A DNA stretch of 52,757 nucleotides from Candidatus Rokubacteria bacterium GWA2_70_23 (GTDB taxonomy: Bacteria; Methylomirabilota; Methylomirabilia; Rokubacteriales; CSP1-6), in the NCBI GenBank assembly GCA_001788395.1, contig MGBT01000190.1:186-52942 (forward strand), given 5' to 3'. Shown here one piece after another: positions 19,172 to 28,862 of the stretch. Under the pieces are notes generated by a model. That model did no database searches, was not told where the DNA came from, and was given only the letters and a program-made list of their open reading frames with translations. The number at the start of each line of letters is the position of its first letter. Within the stretch, counting starts at the first letter, position 1. Both the position numbers and the translations under genes were made by a program.

Positions 19172-20167
19172 TCACCCCGAGAATCTCGGGAGGACGTGCC
19201 GGGCCATGAGCTCCATGGAGCGGAGCACCTGCGTGTGCGGGAGGCCGCCGAAGTTCGCGATGGCGAGGAAGTGGGTGAACCCCGCCGCCTCGTACAGCCG
19301 CGCGACGCGGACGATCTCGTCGGGGTCGCCGAAGGCCACCACGTTCTGCTCCACCAGCGTCTCGAACGGGCGCTGGACGGCGTACAGCCGCGTGCGCACG
19401 TAGCGCTCCATGGGCTCCCGCGCCTCCGCCCGCGCCCCGGCCGTGGCTTCGGCGCAATGGCAGTGGAAGCCGAACGGCAGCGTGGCCTCCTCCGCCAGGC
19501 CGCCGGCCTGCACGAAGGCCTCCTTGTACAGGGCGACGCCGGCCTTCATCTCCTCGAGGGTCTCGGCGCTGGCGTACGGGATCAGCATCACAGGCAGCCG
19601 CTTGGCGCCGATGTGCAGGGCCGCGTCGGCCCGCAGCGTGGCGACCCACACGGGGGGCCGCGGACTCTGCACGGGCCGGACATTGAGCTGCACGTTCTCG
19701 ATGTGGTGGAACCTCCCCTCGTACGAGAAGCGCTCGCCCGTCCAGGCCCGCAACACGACCTCCAGGGCCTCGTTGAACCGCTCCCGCTTCTCCTCGAGGC
19801 TCAGGCCGAAGCCCGCGTACTCGTGCGTGAGGTACCCCGAGCCCACGCCGAGATTGAGCCGGCCGCCCGAGAGCATGTCCACCATGGCGTAGTCCTCGGC
19901 GGTGCGGAGCGGGTTGTCGAAGGGCAGGACGACGACGGCCGATCCGAGCCGGATGCGCCGCGTGCGCTCGGCCGCCGCGGCCAGCCACACCGGCGGGCGC
20001 GGGATGGCGCCATACTCGTGGAAGTGGTGCTCCGCGATCCAGAACGAGTCGAACCCGAGCGCATCGGCGGCTTCCGCCTGGTCGAGCAATTCGCCGTAGA
20101 GCTCGGTCGCGCTCCGCCTCAGCTCCGTCGGGTAGTGGTCCGCGACGGAGAAGATGCCGAAGCGCAT
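19172..20167 (-). CDS. LLM-class (luciferase-like) flavin-dependent oxidoreductase
   Basis: MRFGIF, GFDSFWIAEHHF, RIRLGSAV, AEDYAMVDMLSGGRLNLGVGSGY. Confidence 0.92.
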   Translation of the reverse strand: MRFGIFSVADHYPTELRRSATELYGELLDQAEAADALGFDSFWIAEHHFHEYGAIPRPPVWLAAAAERTRRIRLGSAVVVLPFDNPLRTAEDYAMVDMLSGGRLNLGVGSGYLTHEYAGFGLSLEEKRERFNEALEVVLRAWTGERFSYEGRFHHIENVQLNVRPVQSPRPPVWVATLRADAALHIGAKRLPVMLIPYASAETLEEMKAGVALYKEAFVQAGGLAEEATLPFGFHCHCAEATAGARAEAREPMERYVRTRLYAVQRPFETLVEQNVVAFGDPDEIVRVARLYEAAGFTHFLAIANFGGLPHTQVLRSMELMARHVLPRFSG

Positions 20168-20931
20168 CACTCACCGTCCTCGTCGTCGAGCGGCGCCGGG
20201 CGCAGGCGGTCCCGCTCGCCGGCGAGCCGGTCGGCCAGCCGCCGGACGTCGTGGAGCCGCGTCTCGCTGAAGCGGAAGCGCGGATCGGTCGCGTAGGCCG
20301 CCCAGCTCTCCATGTAGTCCGTCCGGCTCGAGCCGAGGGCCAGCTCCGAGATCCCCGCCGGGGTGGCGAAGTCCGCCATGATCCCGACCTCGTCGAAGGT
20401 CTCGGGGCGCCGCCCGTCGAGGAAGGCCCTGAGCGCCGGCGGATGGGGACCGTGCGGGAGCCCCACCGGATGCACGGAGACCATGCCCTCGCGGAAGACG
20501 CCGCCCCGGCTGAAGAACTCGCCGACGTGGTAGCCGATGGTCTCGAGGTAATCCAGGTTCTTGTAGTCCATGGCCGCCCGGGGTGCCGTGACGTTCATCG
20601 CCACCGTGGCGTTGGCCACGAGGCGGGCCATCCCGCGGTAGACGTCACACGGGGCCGCGGGTGCCATCACCTCGAGCGCGTGGTGGATCCCGCCGAGGGG
20701 GCGCAGGGGCGAGTCCCACTCCGGCGCGAAGGCGCCGCCATCCAGCACCCGCGTCTCCTCAGGCAGCCAGTTGTTGGGCGGGTAGAGGTGGTAGGTGTGG
20801 CTCACCTTGCCCGCGAAGCCGCCGCGCCCATGCTCCTGCTCGTAGACGTGGCGGAGCAGCGGGCCCGCGTGCGGGGCCCGGGGAACGATCCCGACCTCGG
20901 GAATGCCGCTGAAGTACTCGAGCTTGTCCAT
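20167..20931 (-). pseudogene. Homogentisate 1,2-dioxygenase-like cupin with an apparent in-frame internal deletion (254 aa)
   Basis: HmgA-like N-terminus (EQEHGRGGFAG..YHLYPP) and C-terminal VHPVGLPHGPHP motif. The central part appears to be missing at the MDY|KNLDY junction. Confidence 0.55.
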
Positions 20932-21031
20932 GGCCTGTCCTCCCTGTTGCCCCGCCGCGTCAGCGGGCGACGACGCGGCTCCGGAGCACGCCGATCCAGT
21001 CGATCTGGGAGGCCATGCTAGCATGAGGGCC

Positions 21032-21304
21032 ATGGGACGCCGGGCGAAGGTGATCCGCCTTCCAGGCCCGCCGCCGCCGGCGGGCGAGCCGCCGGGGAGC
21101 GGGCTCGTGGAGGTGCTGCGCTGCCGCGATCAGGGCGAGGCGCTGGTCGTGCGCTCGCTGCTGGACAGCGAGGGCATCGCCGCCGTGCTCCGGGGCCAAC
21201 TGGTGCAGTCCGTCCACCCGTTCAGCGTCGGCGATCAGGGCGAGGTCACGGTGCTCGTCCCCGCCGCCGACGCGGAAGCCGCCCGCCGCATCCTCTCGCG
21301 CTAG
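21032..21304 (+). CDS. DUF2007 (putative signal-transducing) domain protein
   Basis: EALVVRSLLDSEGI..VLVPAADAEAARRIL pattern. TGnTAGCAT -10 box 7 nt upstream. Confidence 0.8.
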   Translation: MGRRAKVIRLPGPPPPAGEPPGSGLVEVLRCRDQGEALVVRSLLDSEGIAAVLRGQLVQSVHPFSVGDQGEVTVLVPAADAEAARRILSR

Positions 21305-22080
21305 CGGTAGAACTTCTCGAGGTTGGGCGTGTCCTTGGCGGTGAAGGCCCGCCCCATCTCCTTCGCTTCCTCCGTGTGGTAGTAGTTCGCCACGAGGTGG
21401 TCGATGCTCATGCGGCTCATCCCGGTCACGCCGTTGTGGCGGGCGTGGAAGGCCGCCTTGAGCGCGGCCAGCGCCTGCGGCCCCCGCTGCTTGAGCTCCT
21501 CGCAGAGCGCCTCGGTCCGGGCGCGCAGCTCGGCGTGCGGCACCACCTCGTTGACGAGCCCCAGGGCCTGGGCCTCCGTGGCGCTGTACTTCCGGTTCAG
21601 GTACCAGATCTCCCGGGCCCGCTTGCGCCCCACCGCGTCCTCCAGGTACCAGGTGCCGAAGCCGGCGTCGTAGGAGCCCATCATGGGACCCACCTGGCGG
21701 AAGCTCGCCTGCGCGCTCGCCACCGTGAGATCGCACATGTTGGCCAGCACATTGCCGCCGCCCACGGCGAAGCCGTTGACCATGGCGATCACCGGCACCG
21801 GCATCATGTCGATCAGCGTGTAGAGGTCCACCACGGGCGGCACGTTGTGGTAGTGGAGCATGCCGTCGCTGGGCTCTTTCTCGCCGCCGAGGCAGAAGAA
21901 GCGGTCGCCGGCGCCCGTGATGACGACGACGCGCACCTGCGTGTCGTGGCGCGCCTCGTTCAGCGCCTGGATCAGCTCGAGCACCGTCTGGCGGCGGAAG
22001 GTATTGCCCTTGTCGGGCCGGTTGATGGTGAGCCAGGCGACGTTGTCCTTCACCTCGACCAGCACATCGGCGTACGCCAT
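21301..22080 (-). CDS. Crotonase-superfamily enzyme, MenB/BadI-like
   Basis: LTINRP, PVIAMVNGFAVGGGNVL..CDLT, QVGPMMGSYDAGFG, REIWYLNRKYSA..GLVNEVV and EAKE. Confidence 0.85.
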   Translation of the reverse strand: MAYADVLVEVKDNVAWLTINRPDKGNTFRRQTVLELIQALNEARHDTQVRVVVITGAGDRFFCLGGEKEPSDGMLHYHNVPPVVDLYTLIDMMPVPVIAMVNGFAVGGGNVLANMCDLTVASAQASFRQVGPMMGSYDAGFGTWYLEDAVGRKRAREIWYLNRKYSATEAQALGLVNEVVPHAELRARTEALCEELKQRGPQALAALKAAFHARHNGVTGMSRMSIDHLVANYYHTEEAKEMGRAFTAKDTPNLEKFYR

Positions 22081-22091
22081 GATGAGACCCC

Positions 22092-22871
22092 CTAGGGAAG
22101 AGAGAGGTGGAACAGCCGTGCGGCGTTGCGCGCGAGCGCCTCGCCCAGGGCGTCGGGATCGGTGCCGCGCAACTCGGCGACGCGCGCGGCGGTGATCGCG
22201 ACGTGGGCCGGCTCGTTGCGCTGGCCGCGGTGCGGATGCGGCGGCAGGTACGGGCAGTCGGTCTCCACCACCAGCCGGTCCTCCGGCACGAAGCGGGCGA
22301 CCTCCGGGAGCGCGCGCGCGTTCTTGTAGGTCACGGGGCCCGCCAGCGAGATCAGGAGCCCGAGGTCGAGACAGCGCGTGGCGACCTCCACGTCGCCCGA
22401 GAAGCAGTGCATCACGCCGCCGATCTCGTCCACTCGCTCCCCGGCCAGGATCTGGAGCGTCTCGTCGTGGGCATCGCGGCAGTGGACGACGATGGGCTTG
22501 CGGAGCGCCCGGGCAAGCGCGATCTGGCGGCGGAAAGCGCGCTCCTGGGCGTCGCGCGGGGACAGGTTGCGGAAGAAATCCAGCCCCATCTCGCCCAGCG
22601 CCACCACCTTTGCGCACCCGCGCGCGAGGCGCTCCAGCGCGTCGAAGTCGGCCTCGGTCGCCGCGCCGGCGTCGTGCGGGTGGATGCCCACGGTCGCGTA
22701 GATCTCGGGATGGCGCTCGGCGAGCGCCACCGCCGCGGGGTTGGTGTCGCGGTCGGTCCCGATGGTGACCGTGGCGCGGACGCCCGCGGCGCGGGCCCGG
22801 GCGAGCACCGCGTCCAGGTCCTCCGCGAACTCCGGGAAGTGCAGGTGTGCGTGCGTGTCCACGAGCGGCAT
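22092..22871 (-). CDS. tatD: TatD family hydrolase
   Basis: DTHAH, GIHPH, GEMGLD, HCRDA, MHCFSG, ETDCPYL and NEP. Confidence 0.95.
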   Translation of the reverse strand: MPLVDTHAHLHFPEFAEDLDAVLARARAAGVRATVTIGTDRDTNPAAVALAERHPEIYATVGIHPHDAGAATEADFDALERLARGCAKVVALGEMGLDFFRNLSPRDAQERAFRRQIALARALRKPIVVHCRDAHDETLQILAGERVDEIGGVMHCFSGDVEVATRCLDLGLLISLAGPVTYKNARALPEVARFVPEDRLVVETDCPYLPPHPHRGQRNEPAHVAITAARVAELRGTDPDALGEALARNAARLFHLSLP

Positions 22872-22916
22872 CAGGCGTCCATCATAGCGGAAGCGGCGTC
22901 CGGAGCGGAAGGCGGC

Positions 22917-23903
22917 TCACGGCGTGACGGTGAAGCGCAACCGGCCGATGAGCTGACCCGAGGCCGTCATCACGTCCACCGTGTACCGCCCGTGGAGCGG
23001 CGGCGTGAGGTCGGTCCGGCGCGACCAGGTGCGGAAGCCCTCCGCCCGGCCCCCCTGCACGGGCGAGAGCGGGATGCGCGCCACCACCTGCCCGTCGCGC
23101 CGCCACACATGCTCGATGGCCTGGCTGAGCCCGGCCGGCGCATGCACGGCCGTGTAGGCGGCGATGCCGCCCCAGCCCGCCACGGTGGCGGCCGGAATGG
23201 ACCCCTCCGTCTCTCCCACCGGCTCGAGGCGCTGCACCTCGCGCGCGGCCGTCGCGCGCGCGAGGAAGAGCGGCGCCGGCGGCACGAGCCCCCGCCCGAG
23301 CCAGACAGCCACCGCGGCGACGAGGGCCAGCGCCGCCGCCCGGCCGTGGGCCTGTCGCCACGTGGCTGCGCCAGGGCGCCTCAGGATCGGCGTCAGCGAC
23401 AGCGCGGCCAGCACGGCGCTGCCCTCGAGCGCGATGATCGGCCGCACGCTCACGAGGGGCAACGCGACATTGAGCGCGGCAAAGACCGAGAAGCCGAGCA
23501 GCGCGTGCCCGAGCCAGGGGCGCGGCGCCACGAGCGCGCGATACCAGGGGTCCACCGCCGTCACGAGCGCCCCCGCCGCCACCCCCGCGAGGAACAGCGC
23601 GTTCACCGACGTCAGGGTCGCGCTCGCGTAGTAGGCCGGCAGGACGAAGAGCAGCAGGTTGTGATAGAGGGTCTGGATCGTGTACTCGGCGGCCTGGAGC
23701 GCGAGCCGCCGCCTCCGCGTCTCGACGGGCACCCGCACCTCGGTCACCACGGCGACGATCAACCACAGCAGGAGCAGGTCGCCGACGATCCAGCCCACAT
23801 GGGGCAGGCCGCGCCGGAAGACGAGGAGCGTGGCGAGCCCTAGCAGGAGCGAGGCGATGGAGATGCCCCAGCGCCTGAGCCACGACGGGATCGCGGAATG
23901 CAC
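22917..23903 (-). CDS. Membrane protein, DUF5924/DUF2914-like (start uncertain)
   Basis: 3' part of the 819-aa ORF: multiple TMs (LLFVLPAYYAS..DPWY) and a C-terminal AYTAVHAP..HVW..GGRAEGFRTWS..G.YTVDV..GQLIG domain. Confidence 0.7.
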   Translation of the reverse strand: MHSAIPSWLRRWGISIASLLLGLATLLVFRRGLPHVGWIVGDLLLLWLIVAVVTEVRVPVETRRRRLALQAAEYTIQTLYHNLLLFVLPAYYASATLTSVNALFLAGVAAGALVTAVDPWYRALVAPRPWLGHALLGFSVFAALNVALPLVSVRPIIALEGSAVLAALSLTPILRRPGAATWRQAHGRAAALALVAAVAVWLGRGLVPPAPLFLARATAAREVQRLEPVGETEGSIPAATVAGWGGIAAYTAVHAPAGLSQAIEHVWRRDGQVVARIPLSPVQGGRAEGFRTWSRRTDLTPPLHGRYTVDVMTASGQLIGRLRFTVTP

Positions 23904-23920
23904 GCGGCGGGAGGAGAGGA

Positions 23921-25807
23921 CTACTTGACCCGGGAGCCCGGGGGGAGATCCTTGTCGGGCATCAGGAGCGACACCGTCCCCTCCGTCGAGCCGGCGAGGA
24001 CCATGCCGTTGGACTCGATCCCCATCAGCGTCGCGGGCTCCAGGTTGGCGACGACGATCACCTTGCGGCCCACGAGCGCTTCCGGCGCGTAATGCTCGGC
24101 GATGCCGGCGACGAGCGTGCGCGTCTCCTCGCCGACCGTCACGGTGAGCTTGAGGAGCTTCTTCGACCTGGCGACCTTCTCGGCCGCCACGACTTCCGCC
24201 ACGCGCAGGTCCACCTTCTTGAAGTCGTCCAGCGTGATTCTCGAGGCAGATGACTGGCCGGCGGCTTGCGACGTCTCGCTCACCTTCACCTCGATGCGCG
24301 GGAAGAGGCCGGGGGCCTTCTGGACGGGCGTGCCCGGGGCCAGGCGGCCCCACTCGAGATCGGCGAGGCTCGGCGCCCCCGTCCCGACGGCGGCTCGGAT
24401 CTTCCCGGCCGCCTCCGGCAGGAACGGATCGAGCACGATGCCGAGGCACCGCAGCGACTCGCCCAGGGTGTACAGCACCGTGCGAAGTCGCTCGGCGTGG
24501 CTGTCGTCCTTCGCGAGCGCCCACGGGGCGGCCGAGTCCACGTAACGGTTGACGCGGCCGACAAATTCCCAGATGGCGGAGAGCGCCCGCTGAAAGGCGA
24601 ACTCCTTCATGGCCTCGTCCACCTCGCGCCGGACACGCTCGAGCGTCTCGCGCACCGAGGCTTCCTCGGCGCCCTCCGGTCCCGGCGCGGGCACGTGGCC
24701 GCGGCCGAAGTTGACGATGAGGGTGGTCGCGCGGCTCGCGAGGTTGCCGAGGTCGTTGGCCAGGTCGGCGTTGAGCCGTCCCACCAGCGCCTCCTCGCTG
24801 AAGGAGGCGTCCAGCCCGAAATTCATCTCCCGCAGGAGGAAGTAGCGGAAGGCATCGTAGCCGTACTTGTCGGTGAGCTGGAAGGCCTCCACCACGTTGC
24901 CGACGGACTTGGACATCTTCCCGCCGCCGAGCGACCAGTAGCCGTGCACGTGGAGCCGCTGGTAGATCGGGATCCCCGCCGCCTTGAGCATGCTCGGCCA
25001 GTAGACGCCGTGGGGCTTGAGGATGTCCTTGCCGATCAGGTGCTCGCAGTGCGGCCAGAGATCCCGGTAGAGGTCGCCGTCGGGGAACCCCAGGGCCGAG
25101 GCGTAGTTGATCAGCGCGTCGAACCACACGTAGGTGACGTAGCCGTCGTCGAACGGCAGCGGGATTCCCCACTGGAGGCGCGACCTGGGCCGGCTGATGG
25201 AGAGATCCTGGAGCGGCTCGCGCAGGAAGCCCAGCACCTCGTTCCGGTAGCGCTCGGGCTGGATGAAGTCGGGGTGCTCCTCGATGTGCGTGATCAGCCA
25301 CTCCTGGTACTTCGACATCCGGAAGAAGTAGTTCTTCTCCTTGATGAAGGTGAGCGGGGTCTGGTGGTCGGGGCACTTGCCCCCGACAATCTCCTTGTCC
25401 GTGTAGAACCGCTCGCAGCCGAAACAGTAGTTGCCGCCGTACTCGCCGAAGTAGATCTCCCCCGCGTCGTGGAGCGTCTGGAGGATCCGCTGCACCACCT
25501 GCTTGTGCCGCGCCTCCGTGGTGCGGATGAAGTCGTCGTTCGTGATGCCGAGGCGCCGCCAGGTGGCGCGGAACGCGGCCGCGATCTCGTCGGCGTAGGC
25601 CTGGGGCGACACCCCGGCCTGCGCCGCCGCCTGGGCGATCTTGTCGCCGTGCTCATCCGTGCCGGTGAGGAAGTACACGCGGTCGCCGCGCAGGCGCCGG
25701 TAGCGGCACATGGCGTCGGCCATGATCGTCGTGCACGCGTGCCCAAGGTGCGGGCGCGCGTTCACGTAAAAGATGGGCGTCGTGAGGTAGAACGTGCGTC
25801 GAGTCAT
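23921..25807 (-). CDS. metG: Methionine--tRNA ligase with C-terminal tRNA-binding domain
   Basis: HLGH, LTGTDEHG, YVWFDALINY, IGKDI, KMSKS and an EMAP-like C-terminus. Confidence 0.97.
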   Translation of the reverse strand: MTRRTFYLTTPIFYVNARPHLGHACTTIMADAMCRYRRLRGDRVYFLTGTDEHGDKIAQAAAQAGVSPQAYADEIAAAFRATWRRLGITNDDFIRTTEARHKQVVQRILQTLHDAGEIYFGEYGGNYCFGCERFYTDKEIVGGKCPDHQTPLTFIKEKNYFFRMSKYQEWLITHIEEHPDFIQPERYRNEVLGFLREPLQDLSISRPRSRLQWGIPLPFDDGYVTYVWFDALINYASALGFPDGDLYRDLWPHCEHLIGKDILKPHGVYWPSMLKAAGIPIYQRLHVHGYWSLGGGKMSKSVGNVVEAFQLTDKYGYDAFRYFLLREMNFGLDASFSEEALVGRLNADLANDLGNLASRATTLIVNFGRGHVPAPGPEGAEEASVRETLERVRREVDEAMKEFAFQRALSAIWEFVGRVNRYVDSAAPWALAKDDSHAERLRTVLYTLGESLRCLGIVLDPFLPEAAGKIRAAVGTGAPSLADLEWGRLAPGTPVQKAPGLFPRIEVKVSETSQAAGQSSASRITLDDFKKVDLRVAEVVAAEKVARSKKLLKLTVTVGEETRTLVAGIAEHYAPEALVGRKVIVVANLEPATLMGIESNGMVLAGSTEGTVSLLMPDKDLPPGSRVK

Positions 25808-25826
25808 GGGCACTGTGTGGGCGCTG

Positions 25827-26702
25827 CTACGGCTTGATGTGGGACCGCCCCTGCCAGGTGACCTGCTCGATTGGGACCTCGGCCTCCGTGCCGTCCTGGA
25901 AGCCCACGACCACCGACTGCGTGAGCACGCGCAGCGACTTGACCTTGCCCTGCATGCAGCCGCCGCCCCCGCACTCGGCCTGGCACGCCGAGCCGACCTT
26001 GGGCAGCCGGTGGCGCAGCTCGCCGTAGGTGGAGAACTCGTAGAGCAGGCAGCACTTGAGCCGGCCGCAATTGCCCAGGAGCCGGCCGTCGGTGAGCGGC
26101 ATGTCCTGGGCCTTGGCCATCTTCACCGAGATGGGATCGAACTTCTTCAGGTGCGAGGAGCAGCAGAGCTGCCGGCCGCAGGGGCCGATGCCGTCCATCA
26201 GCTTGGTGGTGTCGCGGGCGCCGATCTGCTTCATCTCGATCCGCGCGTGGAACTCGTGGGCGAGGTCGCGCACGAGATCGCGGAAGTCCACGCGCTCCTC
26301 CGAGGTGAAGGACACCCCGACGCGGCGGCCGGAGGGCTCGATGGCCACATCCACCACCTTCATCTGGAGCCCCTTCGCGCGGGCCATGCGCTGGCAGGTC
26401 TCGACCGCCCGCCCCTCGCGCTCTCGCCGCCCGCGCCACTCGCTCACCTCGGGGTCGGTGGCGCGCCGGAGCACCTTGCGGTAGAGGCGGTCGCGCCTGA
26501 ACTCGGGCAGCGGGCGCCGCGGGCGGCGCACCTCGCCCACGGGGTTGCCGTTTCCCCCCTCGACGACGCAGAAATCGCCGACGTGGAGATCCGTCTCGGC
26601 CGTGAGATAGTCCTCGGCCATCACGGGCTCGCGCAGCCTCACGCCGATCAGGTAGGGAGCTTCCGCCTCGACCGCGAGCCCTGTCTCAGTGGATTCGCTC
26701 AT
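25827..26702 (-). CDS. PSP1 domain / RicT (YaaT) family Fe-S protein
   Basis: RVDFRDLVRDL, QIGARD, GPCGRQLCC and CGRLKCCL.YE. Located between holB and metG. Confidence 0.9.
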   Translation of the reverse strand: MSESTETGLAVEAEAPYLIGVRLREPVMAEDYLTAETDLHVGDFCVVEGGNGNPVGEVRRPRRPLPEFRRDRLYRKVLRRATDPEVSEWRGRREREGRAVETCQRMARAKGLQMKVVDVAIEPSGRRVGVSFTSEERVDFRDLVRDLAHEFHARIEMKQIGARDTTKLMDGIGPCGRQLCCSSHLKKFDPISVKMAKAQDMPLTDGRLLGNCGRLKCCLLYEFSTYGELRHRLPKVGSACQAECGGGGCMQGKVKSLRVLTQSVVVGFQDGTEAEVPIEQVTWQGRSHIKP

Positions 26703-26709
26703 ACCCCCC

Positions 26710-27615
26710 CTAGGCGGCGCCGTGCGCCAGGCGGCTCAGGAGCACTTCCACCGTGAGCCGGGGCGACACGTGGCCTTGAAGCGCCTGCCAGGCTTCCCGG
26801 CACGCGCGGAGTCCCTTGACGATCTCCGGCAGTGAGAGCGCGGCGCTGCGCTCGGCGAGGAGCGTCGCCCGGTCGCGGAAGACGGCCAGGGCCGGATCGC
26901 CGCCGGCCCGGCCGCAGAGCAGGTCGCGATACCAGAGCCACCACGTCTCCACCGCGGACTCGGCGATGTCGCGGTCTCGGCCCACCGCCTCGCCGCTCCT
27001 GAGGATGGCCTCCCCGCCGCGGGCCCGCGCCTCCTCGAGCCAGCGCAGCGCCCGCTCGCGCTCCTCGCCGGCGGCGCCAGGGAGCAGCGCCAGCCCGCCC
27101 TCGGGAACAGCGGGGAGGAAGCGCAACACCTGGCAGCGCGACAGCACCGTGGCCGGCAGCGCGCGGAGCTGGGTCAGGATCAGCACGATCACCGTGTGCG
27201 CCGGCGGCTCCTCGAGCGTCTTGAGAAAGGCCTGGGGCGTCGCCGCCGTCATCCGGTCCGCGTCGTCCACGATGAACACCTTCACCGCGGCCTCGGCCGG
27301 GCGGAGGGAGGCGAGCCGCTCCAGCTCGCGAATATTCTCGATCCTGAGGGCGAGCGGGCCCTTCGGCTTGTCCTCGGGCGGCGTCGGCGCGATCAGGTGC
27401 ACGTCGGGGTGGACGCCGCGCGCCGCGCGCGCGGCGGCGCGACCGCCCGCGGGGGCCACAAGCGCCCCGGCCAAGGCCAGCGCCGTCGTCTTGCGCCCGG
27501 AACCCGTGGGCCCCACGAAGGCGTAGGCGTGGGCCACATGCCCCGTGGCGAGGGCCCGGCGGAGCAGGTCGACCGCCGCGTCCTGTCCGCGGATCTCCGC
27601 GAAGGGGTCGCTCAC
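26710..27615 (-). CDS. holB: DNA polymerase III subunit delta'
   Basis: HAYAFVGPTGSGR, HPDV, AFLKTLEEPP and TVLSRC. Follows tmk. Confidence 0.9.
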   Translation of the reverse strand: MSDPFAEIRGQDAAVDLLRRALATGHVAHAYAFVGPTGSGRKTTALALAGALVAPAGGRAAARAARGVHPDVHLIAPTPPEDKPKGPLALRIENIRELERLASLRPAEAAVKVFIVDDADRMTAATPQAFLKTLEEPPAHTVIVLILTQLRALPATVLSRCQVLRFLPAVPEGGLALLPGAAGEERERALRWLEEARARGGEAILRSGEAVGRDRDIAESAVETWWLWYRDLLCGRAGGDPALAVFRDRATLLAERSAALSLPEIVKGLRACREAWQALQGHVSPRLTVEVLLSRLAHGAA

Positions 27616-28238
27616 CGGTCGAGCCGATCGAGGCGCTCGTCCACGGCGCGCGCGATCTCGGCGGAGAGCGCGTCCGGGGCCTGGTCGGCCCGGAGCACGA
27701 CCACGCGGTTCTTCTCGGCCCGCGCCATCTCGAGGTAGCCCTCGCGGACCCGCTGGTGAAAGGCCAGGTCCATCCGCTCGAAGGCGTCGAGCCTCCGGCC
27801 ACCGATCCTGCGCATGCCAGCCGCGGGCTCGATGTCCAGGACGAGCGTGAGATCGGGGAGCAACCCGCCAGTGGCCAGCGCGTTCAGGTCGCGGATCGTC
27901 TGCAGGTCCATGCCGAGCCCGTAGCCCTGGTAGGCGACCGTGGCGTCGGTGTAGCGATCGGAGAGCACCACGGCGCCCCGCGCCAGAGCGGGGCGGATGA
28001 TCTCCGCGACATGCTGCTGGCGGGCGGCCATGAAGAGGAAGGTCTGGGTGAGCGAGGTGGGCGGCGAGCCCTCATGCTCGAAGAGGGAGCGGATGGCGAT
28101 GCCGAGCGGGGTGCCGTCGGGCTCGCTGGTGTGGACGACCTGGCGCTGGCTGCGACGGAGGTGCTCGGCGAGCCTGACGCACTGGGTCGTCTTTCCCGAT
28201 CCCTCGACCCCCTCGACCGTGACGAGCACGCCGCGCAT
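27612..28238 (-). CDS. tmk: Thymidylate kinase
   Basis: EGVEGSGKTT, LSDRY..AYQG and PDLTLVLD. Confidence 0.96.
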   Translation of the reverse strand: MRGVLVTVEGVEGSGKTTQCVRLAEHLRRSQRQVVHTSEPDGTPLGIAIRSLFEHEGSPPTSLTQTFLFMAARQQHVAEIIRPALARGAVVLSDRYTDATVAYQGYGLGMDLQTIRDLNALATGGLLPDLTLVLDIEPAAGMRRIGGRRLDAFERMDLAFHQRVREGYLEMARAEKNRVVVLRADQAPDALSAEIARAVDERLDRLDR

Positions 28239-28330
28239 GGCCGTACTCTAACACGTGGAAGAATCGGGATCAGAGACAGGCGAGCGGCGGCGGCGGGCGG
28301 AGGGGGCGAAGAGGTCGTCCTCGAGCGGGA

Positions 28331-28555
28331 CTACGCGGGGAATGCTGAGGGTGCCTCAGCCAGGGACGGCTCGGCGCCCGGTCGGCCGCGCCGCTCGGTG
28401 TAGCGGCGTTCCGCCAGCGTGGTGGTCCAGCGCTGGCGCCGGTGCCCGCGCCGTCTGTCCACGATCACGCCCACGTCCTCGCCCAAGAGGTGCACCGTCA
28501 GCTCCTCGTACACCTCGGGCAGCCCCTCCGGTACCACGACCAGGAATCGCGCCAT
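28331..28555 (-). CDS. Small hypothetical protein with DRR/ERR motifs
   Basis: SD GGAGG before ATG 28555. MARFLVVV..VIVDRRRGHRRQ..ERRYTERR. Confidence 0.6.
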   Translation of the reverse strand: MARFLVVVPEGLPEVYEELTVHLLGEDVGVIVDRRRGHRRQRWTTTLAERRYTERRGRPGAEPSLAEAPSAFPA

Positions 28556-28606
28556 GTCTTCCTCCGCTCCCCGCCCTCGCACCATCGCGCGCGGAGTGCC
28601 CCCAGC

Positions 28607-28624
28607 ATATGACCGCGGTCATAT
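28607..28624. promoter_or_regulatory. Perfect 18-bp palindrome ATATGACCGCGGTCATAT, candidate transcription-factor operator
   Basis: Perfect dyad with AT-rich arms in an intergenic region, ~50 bp upstream of the small ORF. Confidence 0.5.
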
Positions 28625-28862
28625 CCAGCGCAAGAGGTCAGACCCCCCCGACCCGGCGGCCGGGCCTGGCGCGCATAGGGCAAATGCATGAGGACCAGGG
28701 GGCCGGAGACGGGCCGGAGCCCCGGATCCGGGCTCGGCGCCGGGGCTGGACCGTACGGACAGGAGAGGCATCCTGCCCCTGGCCCACCGCCTTTCGGGCG
28801 CCCCCTCCCACGCGCTACGGCAGCGGGACGGGGGGGCATCGGGGCGGGGCGCTCCTCGATCC

